A stretch of DNA of 64,000 nucleotides from Klebsiella sp. RIT-PI-d (GTDB taxonomy: Bacteria; Pseudomonadota; Gammaproteobacteria; Enterobacterales; Enterobacteriaceae): assembly GCF_001187865.1 (NCBI RefSeq), contig NZ_LGIT01000001.1, forward strand, positions 42,554 through 106,553, given 5' to 3'. Positions 20,725 through 35,437 of the stretch are shown in pieces. Each line of letters begins with the position of its first letter. Positions within the stretch are counted from its first letter, which is position 1. Made by a program: the position numbers and the translations under genes. The notes below the pieces were generated by a model, which was given only the letters and a program-made list of their open reading frames with translations, was not told the origin of the DNA and made no database searches.

Positions 20725-21237
20725 ATGGACAAGATCACTTCGCAGGAGCTGTTAGCGCAGGCTGAAAAGCTCTGCGTGCAACGCAATGTGCGCCTGACCC
20801 CACAGCGCCTTGAGGTCCTGCGCTTAATGAGCCTGCAACAGGGTGCTATTAGCGCGTATGATTTGCTCGATCTGCTACGCGATAAAGAGCCTCAGGCTAA
20901 GCCGCCGACAGTTTATCGCGCGCTTGAGTTCTTACTTGAGCAGGGTTTTGTACACAAAGTGGAATCCACTAACAGCTACGTGTTGTGTCACCTCTTTGAG
21001 CATACGCATACTTCGGCCATGTTTATCTGCGACCGCTGTGGCGTGGTTAAAGAAGAAGGGGCAGAAGGCGTGGAAGATATTATGCATGCTCTGGCAGCCA
21101 GAATGGGTTTTGCCCTGCGGCATAACGTGATAGAAGCACACGGTCTGTGCGCCGGGTGTGCTGAAGTCGAGGCATGTCGCCATCCGGGCGAGTGCCATCA
21201 CGATCATTCTATTCAGAGCAAGAAAAAGCCGCGCTAG
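20725..21237 (+). CDS. zur: Zinc uptake regulator Zur (170 aa)
   Basis: Fur-family, very close to E. coli Zur (MEKTTTQELLAQAEK... vs MDKITSQELLAQAEK...). Confidence 0.9.
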   Translation: MDKITSQELLAQAEKLCVQRNVRLTPQRLEVLRLMSLQQGAISAYDLLDLLRDKEPQAKPPTVYRALEFLLEQGFVHKVESTNSYVLCHLFEHTHTSAMFICDRCGVVKEEGAEGVEDIMHALAARMGFALRHNVIEAHGLCAGCAEVEACRHPGECHHDHSIQSKKKPR

Positions 21238-21293
21238 CTACGGCGCGGCCTTTCAGGGGGGTAGGTCTTCTCAGGGGTTAGCTGAGTTTACTC

Positions 21294-21503
21294 TTACCAG
21301 CGATACTCGTTGCGGGTTTCCCAGTCTTTTACTTCAGTTTCCGCCTGGTCTTTCTCATAACCATAACGTTCCTGGATTTTACCCACGAGCTGATCGCGTT
21401 TACCTTCGATGACAGTCATATCATCGTCAGTCAGTTTACCCCATTTTTCTTTCGCTTTACCTTTGAACTGTTTCCAGTTACCGCCGACTTCGTCTTTATT
21501 CAT
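21294..21503 (-). CDS. yjbJ: CsbD-family stress protein YjbJ (69 aa)
   Basis: MNKDEVGGNWKQFKGKAKEKWGKLTDDD... matches YjbJ. Confidence 0.8.
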   Translation of the reverse strand: MNKDEVGGNWKQFKGKAKEKWGKLTDDDMTVIEGKRDQLVGKIQERYGYEKDQAETEVKDWETRNEYRW

Positions 21504-21718
21504 AATTATGTCCTCTTTTTGGGGTACAAAACATGTGAACTTTGTCGCTCAGAAAGCGTATCTTTCTGCTGAACGTATGAATAAGTATAGGAGACGATCC
21601 TGCACCCTGCGGCAAATTAAGAATATTTAACCCTGCGAGGTGAGAAGAGGTTGAGGATTTCTGCAAAGGAAAGAGATATGTCTGCGGCACCCGGGGCACC
21701 GCAGAATTCGATTCGTGC

Positions 21719-22327
21719 TTACAGCCATTCGCCGTTGCGGATTACGCCTACAGCCAGACCCTCAATGGAGAAGCTTTGCTTGCGCAAGTCAACCACAATG
21801 GGTGAAAAATCGCTATTTTCAGGCAGCAACTCAACGACGTTACCCTGTTTTTTCAAACGTTTAACGGTAACTTCTTCATCAATGCGTGCCACGACAACCT
21901 GGCCATTATGCACGTCCTGCGTTTTATGCACGGCCAGTAAATCGCCGTCCATGATGCCAATATCTTTCATCGACATACCGCTAACGCGCAGCAGAAAATC
22001 AGCGCTCGGTTTAAACAGCAGGGGATCGACCTGATAATGACTTTCAATATGCTGCTGTGCCAGCAGCGGCTCACCGGCGGCAACGCGGCCAATGAGAGGT
22101 AAACCTTCTTCTTCCTGCAGCAACAGGCGAATACCGCGTGATGCGCCGGTGACGATTTCAATCACCCCTTTGCGCGCCAGTGCTTTAAGGTGTTCTTCAG
22201 CCGCATTTGGGGAACGGAACCCCAAACGTTGCGCAATTTCCGCACGCGTTGGTGGCATGCCTGTCTGGCTGATGTGGTCCCGAATGAGATCGAACACCTC
22301 TTGCTGCCTGGCCGTTAACGCTTTCAT
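21719..22327 (-). CDS. lexA: SOS repressor LexA (202 aa)
   Basis: Nearly identical to E. coli LexA incl. AG cleavage site and S119/K156 region. Confidence 0.95.
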   Translation of the reverse strand: MKALTARQQEVFDLIRDHISQTGMPPTRAEIAQRLGFRSPNAAEEHLKALARKGVIEIVTGASRGIRLLLQEEEGLPLIGRVAAGEPLLAQQHIESHYQVDPLLFKPSADFLLRVSGMSMKDIGIMDGDLLAVHKTQDVHNGQVVVARIDEEVTVKRLKKQGNVVELLPENSDFSPIVVDLRKQSFSIEGLAVGVIRNGEWL

Positions 22328-22335
22328 TCCGCCCC

Positions 22336-22372
22336 CTGGGTGTATATACAGTTGTGCTGTGAGTATATACAG
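22336..22372 (-). promoter_or_regulatory. Two tandem LexA boxes in lexA promoter (CTGTATATACTCACAG and CTGTATATACACCCAG on coding strand)
   Basis: Two CTGT-N8-ACAG motifs immediately upstream of lexA ATG, as in E. coli. Confidence 0.8.
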
Positions 22373-22436
22373 TTAACGGCGATTTTGAAACCATTATCGG
22401 GGCGAAAAAGCAGAGACTTTTCTACTTTTGCGACCT

Positions 22437-22805
22437 TTAACGATAATGCGACCACAATAATGTCGCCCAGGTAATGAGTGCGACAACGATTGACAGCAGT
22501 ACCGCCGCCGATCCCATGTCCTTAGCCCGGCCTGAAAGCTCATGCCGTTCCGTACCAATCCGGTCGACAACCGCCTCGATTGCGCTGTTTAAAATCTCGA
22601 CAATCATGACCAGCAGCACCGAACCGATTAACAGCACGCGAGTAATGGCATCTACATCAAGCCAACATGCGAGGATAATGGCTGCAAGAGCAGCAACACC
22701 TTCCTGGCGAAAAGCAGCTTCGTTGATCCATGCTGCACGAAATCCTTTCCAGGAATAACCCGCTGCATTGATGATCCGGGTCAAACCGGTGGTATTATTG
22801 GCCAT
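22437..22805 (-). CDS. dgkA: Diacylglycerol kinase DgkA (122 aa)
   Basis: 122-aa 3-TM protein matching DgkA; synteny plsB/dgkA/lexA. Confidence 0.9.
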   Translation of the reverse strand: MANNTTGLTRIINAAGYSWKGFRAAWINEAAFRQEGVAALAAIILACWLDVDAITRVLLIGSVLLVMIVEILNSAIEAVVDRIGTERHELSGRAKDMGSAAVLLSIVVALITWATLLWSHYR

Positions 22806-22934
22806 TAAAAGAACCTTTTTACATTATTAGCGTCAATGATATAGCGCGCATCCTGCGTAAGCTCAGAAAATCGGTTCACTTTCTGATATCCTTGCAGCGC
22901 ATTTGCATGATTAACCAGAGGCTTCACATCGTTT

Positions 22935-25355
22935 ATGTCTGGCTGGCCACGAATTTACTACAAATTACTGAATTTACCATTAAGCGTATTGGTAAAGAGC
23001 AAATCTATTCCGGCGCAACCCGCGCAGGAACTGGGCCTGGACTCGTCCCGCCCTATTATGTACGTATTGCCGTACAACTCAAAAGCGGACCTGCTGACCC
23101 TACGCGAGCAGTGTCTGGCGCACGATCTGCCCGACCCTCTGGAGCCTCTGGAGATCGACGGCACCCTGCTGCCGCGTTATGTATTTATTCATGGCGGCCC
23201 ACGTGTGTTCCGGTACTACACGCCGAAAGAAGAGTCTATCAAACTCTTCCACGACTATTTGGATCTGCATCGCAGTAATCCACTTCTCGACGTACAAATG
23301 GTCCCTGTTTCCATCATGTTCGGTCGGTCGCCGGGGCGTGAAAAAGGTGAAGTTAATCCGCCGCTAAAAATGCTTAACGGCGTGCAAAAGTTCTTCGCTG
23401 TTTCCTGGCTTGGCCGCGACAGTTTCGTCCGTTTTTCGCCGTCCGTTTCGCTGCGCCGCATGGCCGACGAACACGGCACGGATAAAATCATTGCGCAAAA
23501 GCTGGCGCGTGTTGCGCGTATGCATTTCGCGCGTCAGCGTCTGGCTGCCGTCGGACCGCGTCTGCCTGCCCGTCAGGATCTGTTTAATAAGCTACTGGCC
23601 TCCAAAGCCATTGCCCGTGCGGTAGAAGATGAAGCGCGCAGCAAAAAAATCTCCCATGAAAAGGCGCAGCAAAACGCCATTGCACTGATGGAAGAAATTG
23701 CCGCTAACTTTTCCTATGAGATGATCCGCCTGACCGACCGTATTCTGGGCTTTACCTGGAACCGTTTGTATCAGGGGATTAACGTGCATAACGCCGAACG
23801 CGTGCGGCAACTGGCGCATGACGGCCACGAGATCGTGTATGTACCCTGCCACCGCAGCCATATGGACTACATGCTGCTGTCGTATGTGCTCTATCATCAG
23901 GGCCTGGTGCCGCCGCACATCGCTGCGGGCATCAACCTGAACTTTTGGCCTGCCGGACCGATTTTCCGCCGTCTCGGTGCCTTCTTTATTCGCCGCACCT
24001 TCAAAGGCAACAAGCTCTATTCAACGGTATTCCGCGAGTATCTCGGCGAGCTGTTCAGCCGTGGCTATTCAGTAGAGTATTTCGTTGAAGGTGGGCGCTC
24101 ACGTACCGGCCGTTTGCTGGATCCTAAAACCGGTACGCTGTCGATGACCATTCAGGCCATGCTGCGCGGCGGTACGCGTCCAATTACCCTCGTGCCGATT
24201 TACATCGGCTATGAGCATGTGATGGAAGTCGGTACCTACGCCAAAGAGCTGCGCGGCGCGACGAAAGAGAAAGAAAATCTGCTGCAAATGATGCGGGGCT
24301 TAAGCAAGCTGCGCAATTTGGGTCAGGGCTATGTCAACTTTGGCGAACCCATGCCGCTGATGACCTATCTTAATCATCACGTTCCTGAGTGGCGTGAGTC
24401 CATCGATCCGATTGAAGCCGTCCGTCCGGCCTGGCTGACACCTACGGTAAATCGCATGGCCGCCGAGCTTATGGTGCGTATTAACAATGCAGGCGCAGCT
24501 AACGCCATGAACCTGTGTTGCACCGCGCTGCTGGCATCCCGTCAGCGCTCTCTGACCCGCGAGCAGCTGACTCAGCAGCTGGATTGTTATCTTGGACTGT
24601 TGCGCAATGTTCCCTACGCGCCGGATGCCACTGCGCCTGCCGCGACGGCAAATGCGCTGATCGAACATGCGTTGCAGATGAACAAGTTTCAGGTCGATAA
24701 AGACACCATCGGCGATATCATCGTTCTGCCACGCGAGCAGGCGGTGCTGATGACCTATTATCGCAATAACATCACGCATATGCTGATGTTACCGTCGTTA
24801 ATTGCCGCTATCGTCACCCAGCATCGGCAGATTTCGCGGGAGGCGCTGCTTGAGCATGTGGAGTTGCTTTATCCGATGCTGAAAGCCGAACTGTTCCTGC
24901 GCTGGGAAACCGGTGAGATAGCCTGCGTGATTGATGCGCTGACAGAAGAGCTGGCGCGCCAGGGCTTGATTAGCCTGAACGAGAACGGATTGTGTGTTGA
25001 TCCGTCGCGTTCGCGGACGTTACAACTGCTGGCCGCAGGCGCGCGCGAAACGCTCCAGCGCTATGCCATCACCTTCTGGCTGCTGAGCGCGAATCCATCC
25101 ATAAACCGCGGTACGCTTGAGAAAGAGAGCCGCACCGTGGCGCAGCGCCTGTCGGTTTTGCACGGGATTAACGCGCCGGAGTTCTTCGACAAAGCGGTGT
25201 TCAGTTCTCTGGTTCTCACGTTACGCGATGAAGGATATATCAGCGACACCGGCGATGCCGAACCGGCAGAAACCATGAAGGTTTATCAAATGCTGGCTGA
25301 GTTAATTACGTCTGACGTCCGCTTAACCATTGAGAGCGCAGCGCAGGGCGAGTAA
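22935..25355 (+). CDS. plsB: Glycerol-3-phosphate acyltransferase PlsB (806 aa)
   Basis: Full-length, HX4D motif ([10 protein letters not shown]); high identity to E. coli PlsB. Confidence 0.95.
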   Translation: MSGWPRIYYKLLNLPLSVLVKSKSIPAQPAQELGLDSSRPIMYVLPYNSKADLLTLREQCLAHDLPDPLEPLEIDGTLLPRYVFIHGGPRVFRYYTPKEESIKLFHDYLDLHRSNPLLDVQMVPVSIMFGRSPGREKGEVNPPLKMLNGVQKFFAVSWLGRDSFVRFSPSVSLRRMADEHGTDKIIAQKLARVARMHFARQRLAAVGPRLPARQDLFNKLLASKAIARAVEDEARSKKISHEKAQQNAIALMEEIAANFSYEMIRLTDRILGFTWNRLYQGINVHNAERVRQLAHDGHEIVYVPCHRSHMDYMLLSYVLYHQGLVPPHIAAGINLNFWPAGPIFRRLGAFFIRRTFKGNKLYSTVFREYLGELFSRGYSVEYFVEGGRSRTGRLLDPKTGTLSMTIQAMLRGGTRPITLVPIYIGYEHVMEVGTYAKELRGATKEKENLLQMMRGLSKLRNLGQGYVNFGEPMPLMTYLNHHVPEWRESIDPIEAVRPAWLTPTVNRMAAELMVRINNAGAANAMNLCCTALLASRQRSLTREQLTQQLDCYLGLLRNVPYAPDATAPAATANALIEHALQMNKFQVDKDTIGDIIVLPREQAVLMTYYRNNITHMLMLPSLIAAIVTQHRQISREALLEHVELLYPMLKAELFLRWETGEIACVIDALTEELARQGLISLNENGLCVDPSRSRTLQLLAAGARETLQRYAITFWLLSANPSINRGTLEKESRTVAQRLSVLHGINAPEFFDKAVFSSLVLTLRDEGYISDTGDAEPAETMKVYQMLAELITSDVRLTIESAAQGE

Positions 25356-25363
25356 ATAAAAAT

Positions 25364-25387
25364 GCCGGATGAGGATCTTCATCCGGC
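25364..25387. terminator. Bidirectional Rho-independent terminator (GCCGGATGAGGATCTTCATCCGGC) between convergent plsB and ubiA
   Basis: 10-bp perfect stem; T-run follows on the minus strand (ubiA), A/T on plus. Confidence 0.6.
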
Positions 25388-25475
25388 ATTAAGCCACATC
25401 ATCGTTATGCCCGGCAGCGCTACGCTTGCACAGCCTGTGAATTATCCCCGGGTCAGGCGAACAGAGTAAGCACTA

Positions 25476-26348
25476 TCAGAATGGCCAGTAACTTATCGCC
25501 AGTCCGACAAACAGCGCCAGTCCGACATAATTATTGTTCATAAACGCTTTAAAACAGGCGTCGCGCTGACGATGGAAAATTAGCGTCTGCTGATAGATAA
25601 ACAGTATCCCCACTACCGCCACAGCCGCATAAAATGCGCTGCCCAGCCCGTTCAGCCAGCCGATAGCGGCCATTAATCCCAGCACCGCCACCTGCAAAAT
25701 ACCGATAATCACACGATCGTATTGCCCGAAAAGGATCGCCGTCGACTTCACGCCGATCTTCAGGTCGTCATCACGATCGACCATCGCATATTGTGTGTCA
25801 TACGCTACGGCCCATAAAATGTTGCAGAAAAACAGTAGCCAGCAGCTGAGCGGGAGCGTTTCGCTTACGGCAGCAAACGCCATCGGGATCGACCAGCCAA
25901 ACGCGGCACCCAGCACCACCTGAGGCAAGTGGGTGTAGCGCTTCATAAAAGGATAGATCCACGCCAGCAGCAGCGCAGCGACAGAAAGCAGGATCGTCAT
26001 CCGGTTTAGCGTGAGTACCAGCAAAAAGGAGCACAACACGAGGATCGCAAACAGCGTACGCGCTTCTTTGCCGCTCACCGCCCCGCTGGGCAAAGGTCGA
26101 TTGGCGGTCCGCTTTACATGGCCGTCTATTTTACGATCGGCATAATCATTAATCACACACCCTGCCGCGCGCATTAGCCAGACGCCCGCGACAAATACGG
26201 CGAGGATCCACAGCGGCGGCAGGCCCGGCGTCGCCACCCACAGCGCCCATAGCGTTGGCCACAGCAGCAGCAGCGCGCCGATAGGTTTGTCGGTACGCAT
26301 CAGGCGGTGATACGCCAACAGCTTATTCTGCGTCAGACTCCACTCCAT
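25476..26348 (-). CDS. ubiA: 4-hydroxybenzoate octaprenyltransferase UbiA (290 aa)
   Basis: Starts [11 protein letters not shown] as E. coli UbiA; UbiA prenyltransferase motifs [12 protein letters not shown]. Confidence 0.9.
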   Translation of the reverse strand: MEWSLTQNKLLAYHRLMRTDKPIGALLLLWPTLWALWVATPGLPPLWILAVFVAGVWLMRAAGCVINDYADRKIDGHVKRTANRPLPSGAVSGKEARTLFAILVLCSFLLVLTLNRMTILLSVAALLLAWIYPFMKRYTHLPQVVLGAAFGWSIPMAFAAVSETLPLSCWLLFFCNILWAVAYDTQYAMVDRDDDLKIGVKSTAILFGQYDRVIIGILQVAVLGLMAAIGWLNGLGSAFYAAVAVVGILFIYQQTLIFHRQRDACFKAFMNNNYVGLALFVGLAISYWPF

Positions 26349-26859
26349 TTTTCTCTTCCTTCTGATAAATCGGTGATGCCGGTAAAAAAAGTTCGGTCAG
26401 TAGCAACGGTTTTCCATTAAGGCGCAGCCGCGAACGCCGCCCCCACAAATCGTCAATAGTGCCTGGTTCAATAAAATCCCGGGTTAACGTTGATGAGGTA
26501 AATAGATAGCGCCCCAGCGGCGTTTTGCCCAGCGTTTGTAATGCCAGCTCAGGACCGTTTAGTGTCGATTCCGGCACAACAGTACGGCCCGCCAGCCACG
26601 GCTCATCATCGGCACAGAGAATAATCTCCCGCAGCCAGTAGCGCGATTCATCTGGTAAAAATGCACGTTCTTCGCCGATCTCGTGCCGATCCACAAACGC
26701 CTCACGCATCAGCATAATGCTGATCTTTTTTCCCTGCTGCTCAAATCGTTTGGTCATTGAATCCTCCAGCAATAACCACTCACGCAGCGCGGGATTGAGT
26801 GCGGGGACAGGATCAAGATAGCGCAGCGCACGCAGTTGCGTTAGCGCAGGATGTGACAT
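26323..26859 (-). CDS. ubiC: Chorismate pyruvate-lyase UbiC (178 aa incl. 13-aa C-terminal extension overlapping ubiA start; start MSHPALTQL)
   Basis: Matches UbiC; ORF-track 202-aa form has non-homologous 5' extension; stop codon position differs from E. coli (reads through to [13 protein letters not shown]). Confidence 0.8.
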   Translation of the reverse strand: MSHPALTQLRALRYLDPVPALNPALREWLLLEDSMTKRFEQQGKKISIMLMREAFVDRHEIGEERAFLPDESRYWLREIILCADDEPWLAGRTVVPESTLNGPELALQTLGKTPLGRYLFTSSTLTRDFIEPGTIDDLWGRRSRLRLNGKPLLLTELFLPASPIYQKEEKNGVESDAE

Positions 26860-27033
26860 GCTGTTTCTCCGGTACAAAGTCTGACAGCATTGTAACGCAG
26901 AAAAGTGTGATGAGGAGCGGGTTAGATGCAAAAGCGCAACAGATACGTAACACAGCGCAGAGTGATAAAAAAAGTGCGCCCCGAAGGACGCACCGAAAGG
27001 CTAAGCCTAAACATCAGCATTGCGGGATAACAC

Positions 27034-27972
27034 TCATCCCTTGCCTTTTACACTGCTGATAAAGGTGGAACGCGCTGAAGTTGACCCCAGACGCTCTGCT
27101 TCGTTAAGTAATTTCAATGCCTTATCGACATCGCCTTTATCTACAGCCTGTTTAATAGCCTGATTAAAGTAAGCTTCGGTGTCATTAAGAACCGGCTCAC
27201 GTTTTGCAGCAGGTGCCGGGGCGGTAACCGGTGCGGCGGCAGGTGCGCTATATGCAGGCGCGGCGGTATTGCCGACAGTGACCGACGCCTGATCGGATGA
27301 ACCAAACAACGGCCCTACCAGGACGCTTGAGCTGCTGTTAGTTTTGACTTTCAGTTTCACCACACCCTCAGTGGTATGGCGGGCAACAGGATCGGGAATA
27401 TTTGGTATCGCATTACCAATGCCTTTGGCATAGGCTTTCGCCGGGTCCAGCAGCGTGGTCGTTTGCTGAAGATCTTTCTCGGTGGTAAAGACCAGCACGT
27501 AGATTTTCTGCTGCCCCAGGGCAGGTGTCAGGCGCATCACACCTTCAAGACGGTCGGCGCTCATCACACCCGGTTCCTGATAGGTAAAATAGCTGCTGGG
27601 GAAAAAGGCAGACGGCGTCAGGTTCTGATCGAGGATCAGCACATTTGGCGCGTAAACGCTGGTTTGTTTATTCACTTCGCTGGTCAGCGTCAGGGTCAGC
27701 TCGCCAATATTGGCGGGCACGCTGTAAGCGATGACCGGGCCGGTAATACCCGGAACCTCAAGGCGTTGTCCAACGGACGCAGTGGAAGAGGTTTGCTGTT
27801 TCGACGGATCAACCGGCGTCCAGGTGAGTTGCTGCAGAGCTGCAGCCGGGATCGCCGGGGCAGCGGCGGTATTTTGTGGGACATAATTGACCTCGGCCAG
27901 GCTGACTGCCGGCGCCGCAGCCAGTAATCCTGCCGTCAGGCAGAGCGCAACGAGACTTTTATTCATTTTCAT
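27034..27972 (-). CDS. malM: Maltose operon periplasmic protein MalM (312 aa; start MKMNKSLVAL)
   Basis: Near-identical to E. coli MalM from MKMNKSL; ORF-track 5' extension not homologous. Confidence 0.85.
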   Translation of the reverse strand: MKMNKSLVALCLTAGLLAAAPAVSLAEVNYVPQNTAAAPAIPAAALQQLTWTPVDPSKQQTSSTASVGQRLEVPGITGPVIAYSVPANIGELTLTLTSEVNKQTSVYAPNVLILDQNLTPSAFFPSSYFTYQEPGVMSADRLEGVMRLTPALGQQKIYVLVFTTEKDLQQTTTLLDPAKAYAKGIGNAIPNIPDPVARHTTEGVVKLKVKTNSSSSVLVGPLFGSSDQASVTVGNTAAPAYSAPAAAPVTAPAPAAKREPVLNDTEAYFNQAIKQAVDKGDVDKALKLLNEAERLGSTSARSTFISSVKGKG

Positions 27973-28082
27973 TGTTATCACCTCAAAGTACTCAGGTGTG
28001 ACGGTGGCCAGGCAATAGCGCGTCACCCCTTAGAAACAGAGAGGCTTGCGCCTCTCTTTCGTTCACAACATCAATACGGCTA

Positions 28083-29492
<1,410 letters not shown>

Positions 29493-30602
29493 TTAAACGC
29501 CTGGCTCTTTATGCAACCGTCGACATGCAGTGCCATCTTCGCGAAACAGATGGCAACGCTCCGGCGGCAGGCCGATGGCGAATGTGGCACCCTCTTCTAC
29601 CAACACCACGTCATTCTGGCGGTACACCAGGTTCTGACGGATGGCGGGGATTTGGATATGAATTTGTGTTTCGTGTCCCAGCTGCTCGACAACCTGAACC
29701 ACGCCTTCCAGCGTGACGTCGGCGATATCGCTTGGCAGCAGATGTTCAGGACGAATACCGAGTGACATATTGGCGCCCACCTGAACACTGGCGCTGTCCA
29801 CCGGCAGCCAGACGTGCTGACGGTTCGGCAGTTCAACCTGAACCTGATCGATAGCGGTAGCCGTCACCTTCACCGGTAAGAAATTCATTTTCGGCGAGCC
29901 GATAAAGCCCGCGACAAAACGGTCAGCCGGATAGTGATACAGTTCCAGCGGCTTACCGACCTGCGCTACGCGACCGGCATCCAGCACCACGATTTTGTCA
30001 GCCAGCGTCATCGCTTCGACCTGATCGTGGGTAACGTAAATCATCGTGCGGCCCAGACGCTTGTGCAGACGGGAAATCTCAATACGCATTTGCACGCGCA
30101 GCGCTGCATCAAGGTTGGAGAGCGGTTCATCAAGCAGGAATACGCGCGGTTCCGCCACCAGCGTACGGCCGATTGCCACGCGCTGACGCTGGCCGCCGGA
30201 CAGCGCTTTCGGCTTACGATCTAACAGGTGCGCGAGCTGAAGCACTTCCGCAACCTGATTCACGCTCTGTTTCATAACCTCTTTTTTGGCCCCTGCCAGC
30301 TTGAGACCGAACGACATGTTTTCGGCAACGGAGAGATGGGGATAAAGCGCATAGGACTGAAACACCATGCCCACGCCGCGTTCAGCGGGCGGGATATCAT
30401 TCATCCGTGTTTCACCAATAAATAAATCGCCGCTGGTGATGGTTTCCAGTCCAGCGATCATGCGCAGCAGGGTCGATTTCCCACAGCCTGACGGTCCGAC
30501 AAAGACCACGAATTCACCTTCATGGATGTCGAGGTTGATATTTTTTGATACCACCACGTCGCCCCAGGCTTTCGTTACATTCCGTAGCTGTACGCTCGCC
30601 AT
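29493..30602 (-). CDS. malK: Maltose/maltodextrin ABC transporter ATPase MalK (369 aa)
   Basis: Walker [10 protein letters not shown], signature LSGGQRQR; MalK regulatory C-domain. Confidence 0.95.
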   Translation of the reverse strand: MASVQLRNVTKAWGDVVVSKNINLDIHEGEFVVFVGPSGCGKSTLLRMIAGLETITSGDLFIGETRMNDIPPAERGVGMVFQSYALYPHLSVAENMSFGLKLAGAKKEVMKQSVNQVAEVLQLAHLLDRKPKALSGGQRQRVAIGRTLVAEPRVFLLDEPLSNLDAALRVQMRIEISRLHKRLGRTMIYVTHDQVEAMTLADKIVVLDAGRVAQVGKPLELYHYPADRFVAGFIGSPKMNFLPVKVTATAIDQVQVELPNRQHVWLPVDSASVQVGANMSLGIRPEHLLPSDIADVTLEGVVQVVEQLGHETQIHIQIPAIRQNLVYRQNDVVLVEEGATFAIGLPPERCHLFREDGTACRRLHKEPGV

Positions 30603-32160
<1,558 letters not shown>

Positions 32161-32169
32161 TGCTGTAGC

Positions 32170-32245
32170 GCAGATGCCGGATGGCGGCATAGATGTCTTA
32201 TCGGGCCGGGCTTTGCGCAGGCCCGATAAGCGCAGCGCCATCGGG
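32170..32245. repeat. REP/BIME element in malE-malF intergenic region (GCCGGATGGCGGC; CTTATCGGGCC...GGCCCGATAAG inverted repeat)
   Basis: Canonical REP consensus and 11-bp inverted arms; the malE-malF REP is a classic described element. Confidence 0.65.
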
Positions 32246-32288
32246 TATTTTGACCTGCAGGTTTCCAATGTTGTAGAGGAAGATCCCC

Positions 32289-33833
32289 ATGGATGCCGTT
32301 AAAAAGAGACACTGGTGGCAAAGCGACACACTGAAATGGTCAGTGACTGGATTGCTGGCGCTGCTGGTGGGTTACCTTGTTGTTTTAATGTACGCCCAGG
32401 GGGAGTACCTGTTCGCCATCATGACGCTGATTTTAAGCGGTGCTGGCCTGTATATTTTCGCTAACCGTAAAACCTACGCGTGGCGCTATGTCTATCCGGG
32501 TATGGCCGGGATGGGCCTGTTTGTGTTGTTTCCTCTGGTCTGCACTATTGCCATCGCATTTACCAACTACAGCAGCACTAACCAGCTGACCCAGGAGCGT
32601 GCGCAGCAGGTGCTGATGGACCGTTCGTACCAGGCGGGTAAAACCTATAATTTCGCACTTTATCCGGCGGAGGATAAATGGCAACTCGCGCTGACCGACG
32701 GCGAAAGTGGAAAAAATTATCTCTCCGACGCCTTCACGTTTGGCGGCGAGCAGAAAATAGCGTTGAAGGAAGTCAACGCCCTGCCGACGAGCAAACGCGC
32801 TAATTTGCGCGCGATCACCCAGAATCGTCAGGCGCTGACCCAGCTTACTGCGGTACTTCCTGATGAAAGCAACGTCATCATGAGTTCACTGCGCCAGTTC
32901 TCCGGCACCCGCCCGCTGTATACCGAAGCCAGCGACGGGACATTAACCAACAATCAGAGCGGCGTGAAATATCGTCCCAATAACGATATTGGCTATTACC
33001 AGGCGCTAAACGCAGAGGGTAAATGGGCCGATGAAAAACTCAGCCCCGGTTATACCGTGACTATCGGCTGGGATAACTTTATGCGCGTCTTTATCGACGA
33101 CGGCATTCAAAAGCCCTTCCTGGCGATTTTTGTCTGGACGGTCGTTTTCTCCGTCCTGACCGTTATCCTCACGGTGGCCGTCGGCATGATCCTCGCCTGC
33201 CTCGTACAGTGGGAATCCCTGAAAGGCAAAGCGGTTTATCGCCTTCTGCTGATCCTGCCTTACGCCGTCCCCTCTTTTATCTCGATTCTGATTTTCAAAG
33301 GGCTGTTTAACCAGAGCTTTGGCGAAATCAACATGATGCTCAGCGCGCTGTTCGGTATTAAACCGGCCTGGTTTAGCGACCCAACTACCGCCCGCGCGAT
33401 GATTGTGATCGTCAATACCTGGCTGGGTTATCCGTACATGATGATCCTGTGTATGGGCCTGCTGAAAGCGATTCCGGACGACCTGTACGAAGCATCGGCG
33501 ATGGACGGCGCGGGGCCGTTCCAGAACTTCTTTAAAATCACCCTGCCGCTGCTGATCAAGCCGCTAACGCCGCTGATGATCGCAAGCTTTGCGTTTAACT
33601 TTAATAACTTCGTACTGATCCAATTGTTGACCAACGGCGGGCCGGATCGTCTCGGCACCACGACGCCTGCGGGCTATACGGATTTACTGGTCAGCTACAC
33701 CTACCGTATTGCCTTTGAAGGCGGCGGCGGTCAGGACTTTGGTCTGGCGGCAGCCATTGCCACGCTGATCTTCCTGTTGGTGGGAATGCTGGCGATTGTG
33801 AATCTGAAAGCCACGCGTATGAAGTTTGATTAA
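32289..33833 (+). CDS. malF: Maltose ABC transporter permease MalF (514 aa)
   Basis: Full-length MalF with EAA loop region. Confidence 0.95.
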   Translation: MDAVKKRHWWQSDTLKWSVTGLLALLVGYLVVLMYAQGEYLFAIMTLILSGAGLYIFANRKTYAWRYVYPGMAGMGLFVLFPLVCTIAIAFTNYSSTNQLTQERAQQVLMDRSYQAGKTYNFALYPAEDKWQLALTDGESGKNYLSDAFTFGGEQKIALKEVNALPTSKRANLRAITQNRQALTQLTAVLPDESNVIMSSLRQFSGTRPLYTEASDGTLTNNQSGVKYRPNNDIGYYQALNAEGKWADEKLSPGYTVTIGWDNFMRVFIDDGIQKPFLAIFVWTVVFSVLTVILTVAVGMILACLVQWESLKGKAVYRLLLILPYAVPSFISILIFKGLFNQSFGEINMMLSALFGIKPAWFSDPTTARAMIVIVNTWLGYPYMMILCMGLLKAIPDDLYEASAMDGAGPFQNFFKITLPLLIKPLTPLMIASFAFNFNNFVLIQLLTNGGPDRLGTTTPAGYTDLLVSYTYRIAFEGGGGQDFGLAAAIATLIFLLVGMLAIVNLKATRMKFD

Positions 33834-33847
33834 GGGAGATATCGATA

Positions 33848-34738
33848 ATGGCCATGGTCCAACCCAAATCGCAGAAATTACGTTTGTTGACGACGCACCT
33901 GCTGTTGTTGATATTTATCGCCGCCATTATGTTTCCGCTGCTGATGGTCATCGCGATTTCACTGCGTGAAGGCAACTTTGCGACCGGCAGCCTGATCCCG
34001 GAACGTATTTCGTGGGAGCACTGGCGGCTGGCGCTGGGCTTTAGCGTCGAACATGCCGACGGACGCGTTACGCCGCCGCCGTTCCCGGTATTACTGTGGC
34101 TGTGGAACTCAATAAAAATTGCCAGTATTACCGCGCTGGGCATTGTGGCGCTATCCACAACCTGCGCCTATGCTTTTGCCCGGATGCGTTTTCCTGGTAA
34201 AGCCACATTGCTGAAAAGTATGCTGATTTTCCAGATGTTCCCGGCAGTACTGTCGCTGGTGGCGCTATACGCCCTGTTTGACCGTCTCGGACAATACATT
34301 CCGTTTATCGGCCTGAACACACACGGTGGGGTGATCTTCGCCTATCTTGGCGGCATTGCACTGCATGTGTGGACCATTAAAGGCTATTTCGAAACGATTG
34401 ACAGCTCGCTGGAAGAAGCGGCGTCGCTGGATGGCGCCACGCCGTGGCAGGCGTTTCGCCTGGTTCTGCTTCCGCTGTCGGTGCCGATCCTGGCGGTGGT
34501 ATTTATACTGTCGTTTATTGCCGCCATCACCGAAGTCCCTGTTGCCTCGCTGCTGTTGCGAGATGTAGACAGCTATACGCTGGCCGTGGGGATGCAGCAA
34601 TATCTCAACCCACAAAACTATTTATGGGGCGACTTCGCTGCCGCCGCCGTGCTGTCCGCTATCCCTATTACCGCCGTATTCCTGCTGGCCCAGCGCTGGC
34701 TGGTTAATGGCCTGACCGCGGGCGGCGTAAAAGGTTAA
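33848..34738 (+). CDS. malG: Maltose ABC transporter permease MalG (296 aa)
   Basis: Full-length MalG ([23 protein letters not shown] motif). Confidence 0.95.
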   Translation: MAMVQPKSQKLRLLTTHLLLLIFIAAIMFPLLMVIAISLREGNFATGSLIPERISWEHWRLALGFSVEHADGRVTPPPFPVLLWLWNSIKIASITALGIVALSTTCAYAFARMRFPGKATLLKSMLIFQMFPAVLSLVALYALFDRLGQYIPFIGLNTHGGVIFAYLGGIALHVWTIKGYFETIDSSLEEAASLDGATPWQAFRLVLLPLSVPILAVVFILSFIAAITEVPVASLLLRDVDSYTLAVGMQQYLNPQNYLWGDFAAAAVLSAIPITAVFLLAQRWLVNGLTAGGVKG

Positions 34739-34801
34739 GTTTTATCGTTCGAAACCACTGCAACCCTCAACTTTTCAATGCATGACTTGTGACTGTTATT
34801 T

Positions 34802-34827
34802 GGCGCTCCCCGGAGCGCCTTTTTTTA
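34802..34827 (+). terminator. malG Rho-independent terminator (GGCGCTCC-CCGG-AGCGCC + T7); T-tract overlaps psiE stop codon
   Basis: GC hairpin then TTTTTTT. Confidence 0.6.
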
Positions 34828-35235
34828 TTCGCGTTTCAGCCGTTTGGTATTGCACAGCCAAAGCGTAATGACCAGTAGCAAAATCGCACCCGAGTAAATC
34901 AGCACATCAACCGGCGAGGTGTGATCGACAATGATCAGCCGGACAATCGCCGTGATCCCGATATAGACGAAATAGCGCAGCGGGAAGTGAAAACCGGACT
35001 GAAAGTATTTCACAATCAGCGCAATAAATTCGAAGTAGAGAAAGTAAACCACCAGCCCTTCCACCAGCTCATATTTGCTGGTTTGCTCCGGCGCAAAGAG
35101 CACCTCCGCCAGATGTACGGTCTCCTTGCCGAGGAAAACCAGCAGGATCAGGCCAAGACTAAGCAGGCCCAGATTGAGGGCGGTCTGAAGAATTGTGGAG
35201 ATAAACTCAACCGCCGGACGGGGTAGAGATGACAT
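34825..35235 (-). CDS. psiE: Phosphate-starvation-inducible protein PsiE (136 aa)
   Basis: 136-aa 4-TM protein matching PsiE; adjacent to malG with no xylE in between. Confidence 0.85.
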   Translation of the reverse strand: MSSLPRPAVEFISTILQTALNLGLLSLGLILLVFLGKETVHLAEVLFAPEQTSKYELVEGLVVYFLYFEFIALIVKYFQSGFHFPLRYFVYIGITAIVRLIIVDHTSPVDVLIYSGAILLLVITLWLCNTKRLKRE

Positions 35236-35437
35236 TGCAGCACCTTTTGCTAAAAATAACAGGCACAGATATAGCGCGAAAGTGTGATCCAGATCTACAT
35301 TTTTTACGCAGATTTTAGTCAGCCAACGTAAAGGCCAGTCAGGCTGGCCTGATAATTTTTACCCCGGAGCGACTCTGCCCGGTGGCGCTGCGCTTACCGG
35401 GCCTGGGATTATCGGAAGGCTTATCCGTTCGCCGGAG

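Noticed and set aside
21651-22034. 127-aa plus-strand ORF overlapping lexA
   Set aside because: It is antisense to the highly conserved lexA gene, and its start lies in the lexA-yjbJ spacer without an RBS.
26860-26931. N-terminal extensions in ORF-track versions of ubiC. Similar extensions occur in malM (27973-28026), lamB (29415-29456), aceB (61629-61706), yjbD (48010-48051), the HigB-like toxin (20535-20618) and the panS-like gene (46880-46981).
   Set aside because: The extensions are not homologous to the known proteins. Internal Met codons align with the E. coli start sites and carry better RBS contexts.
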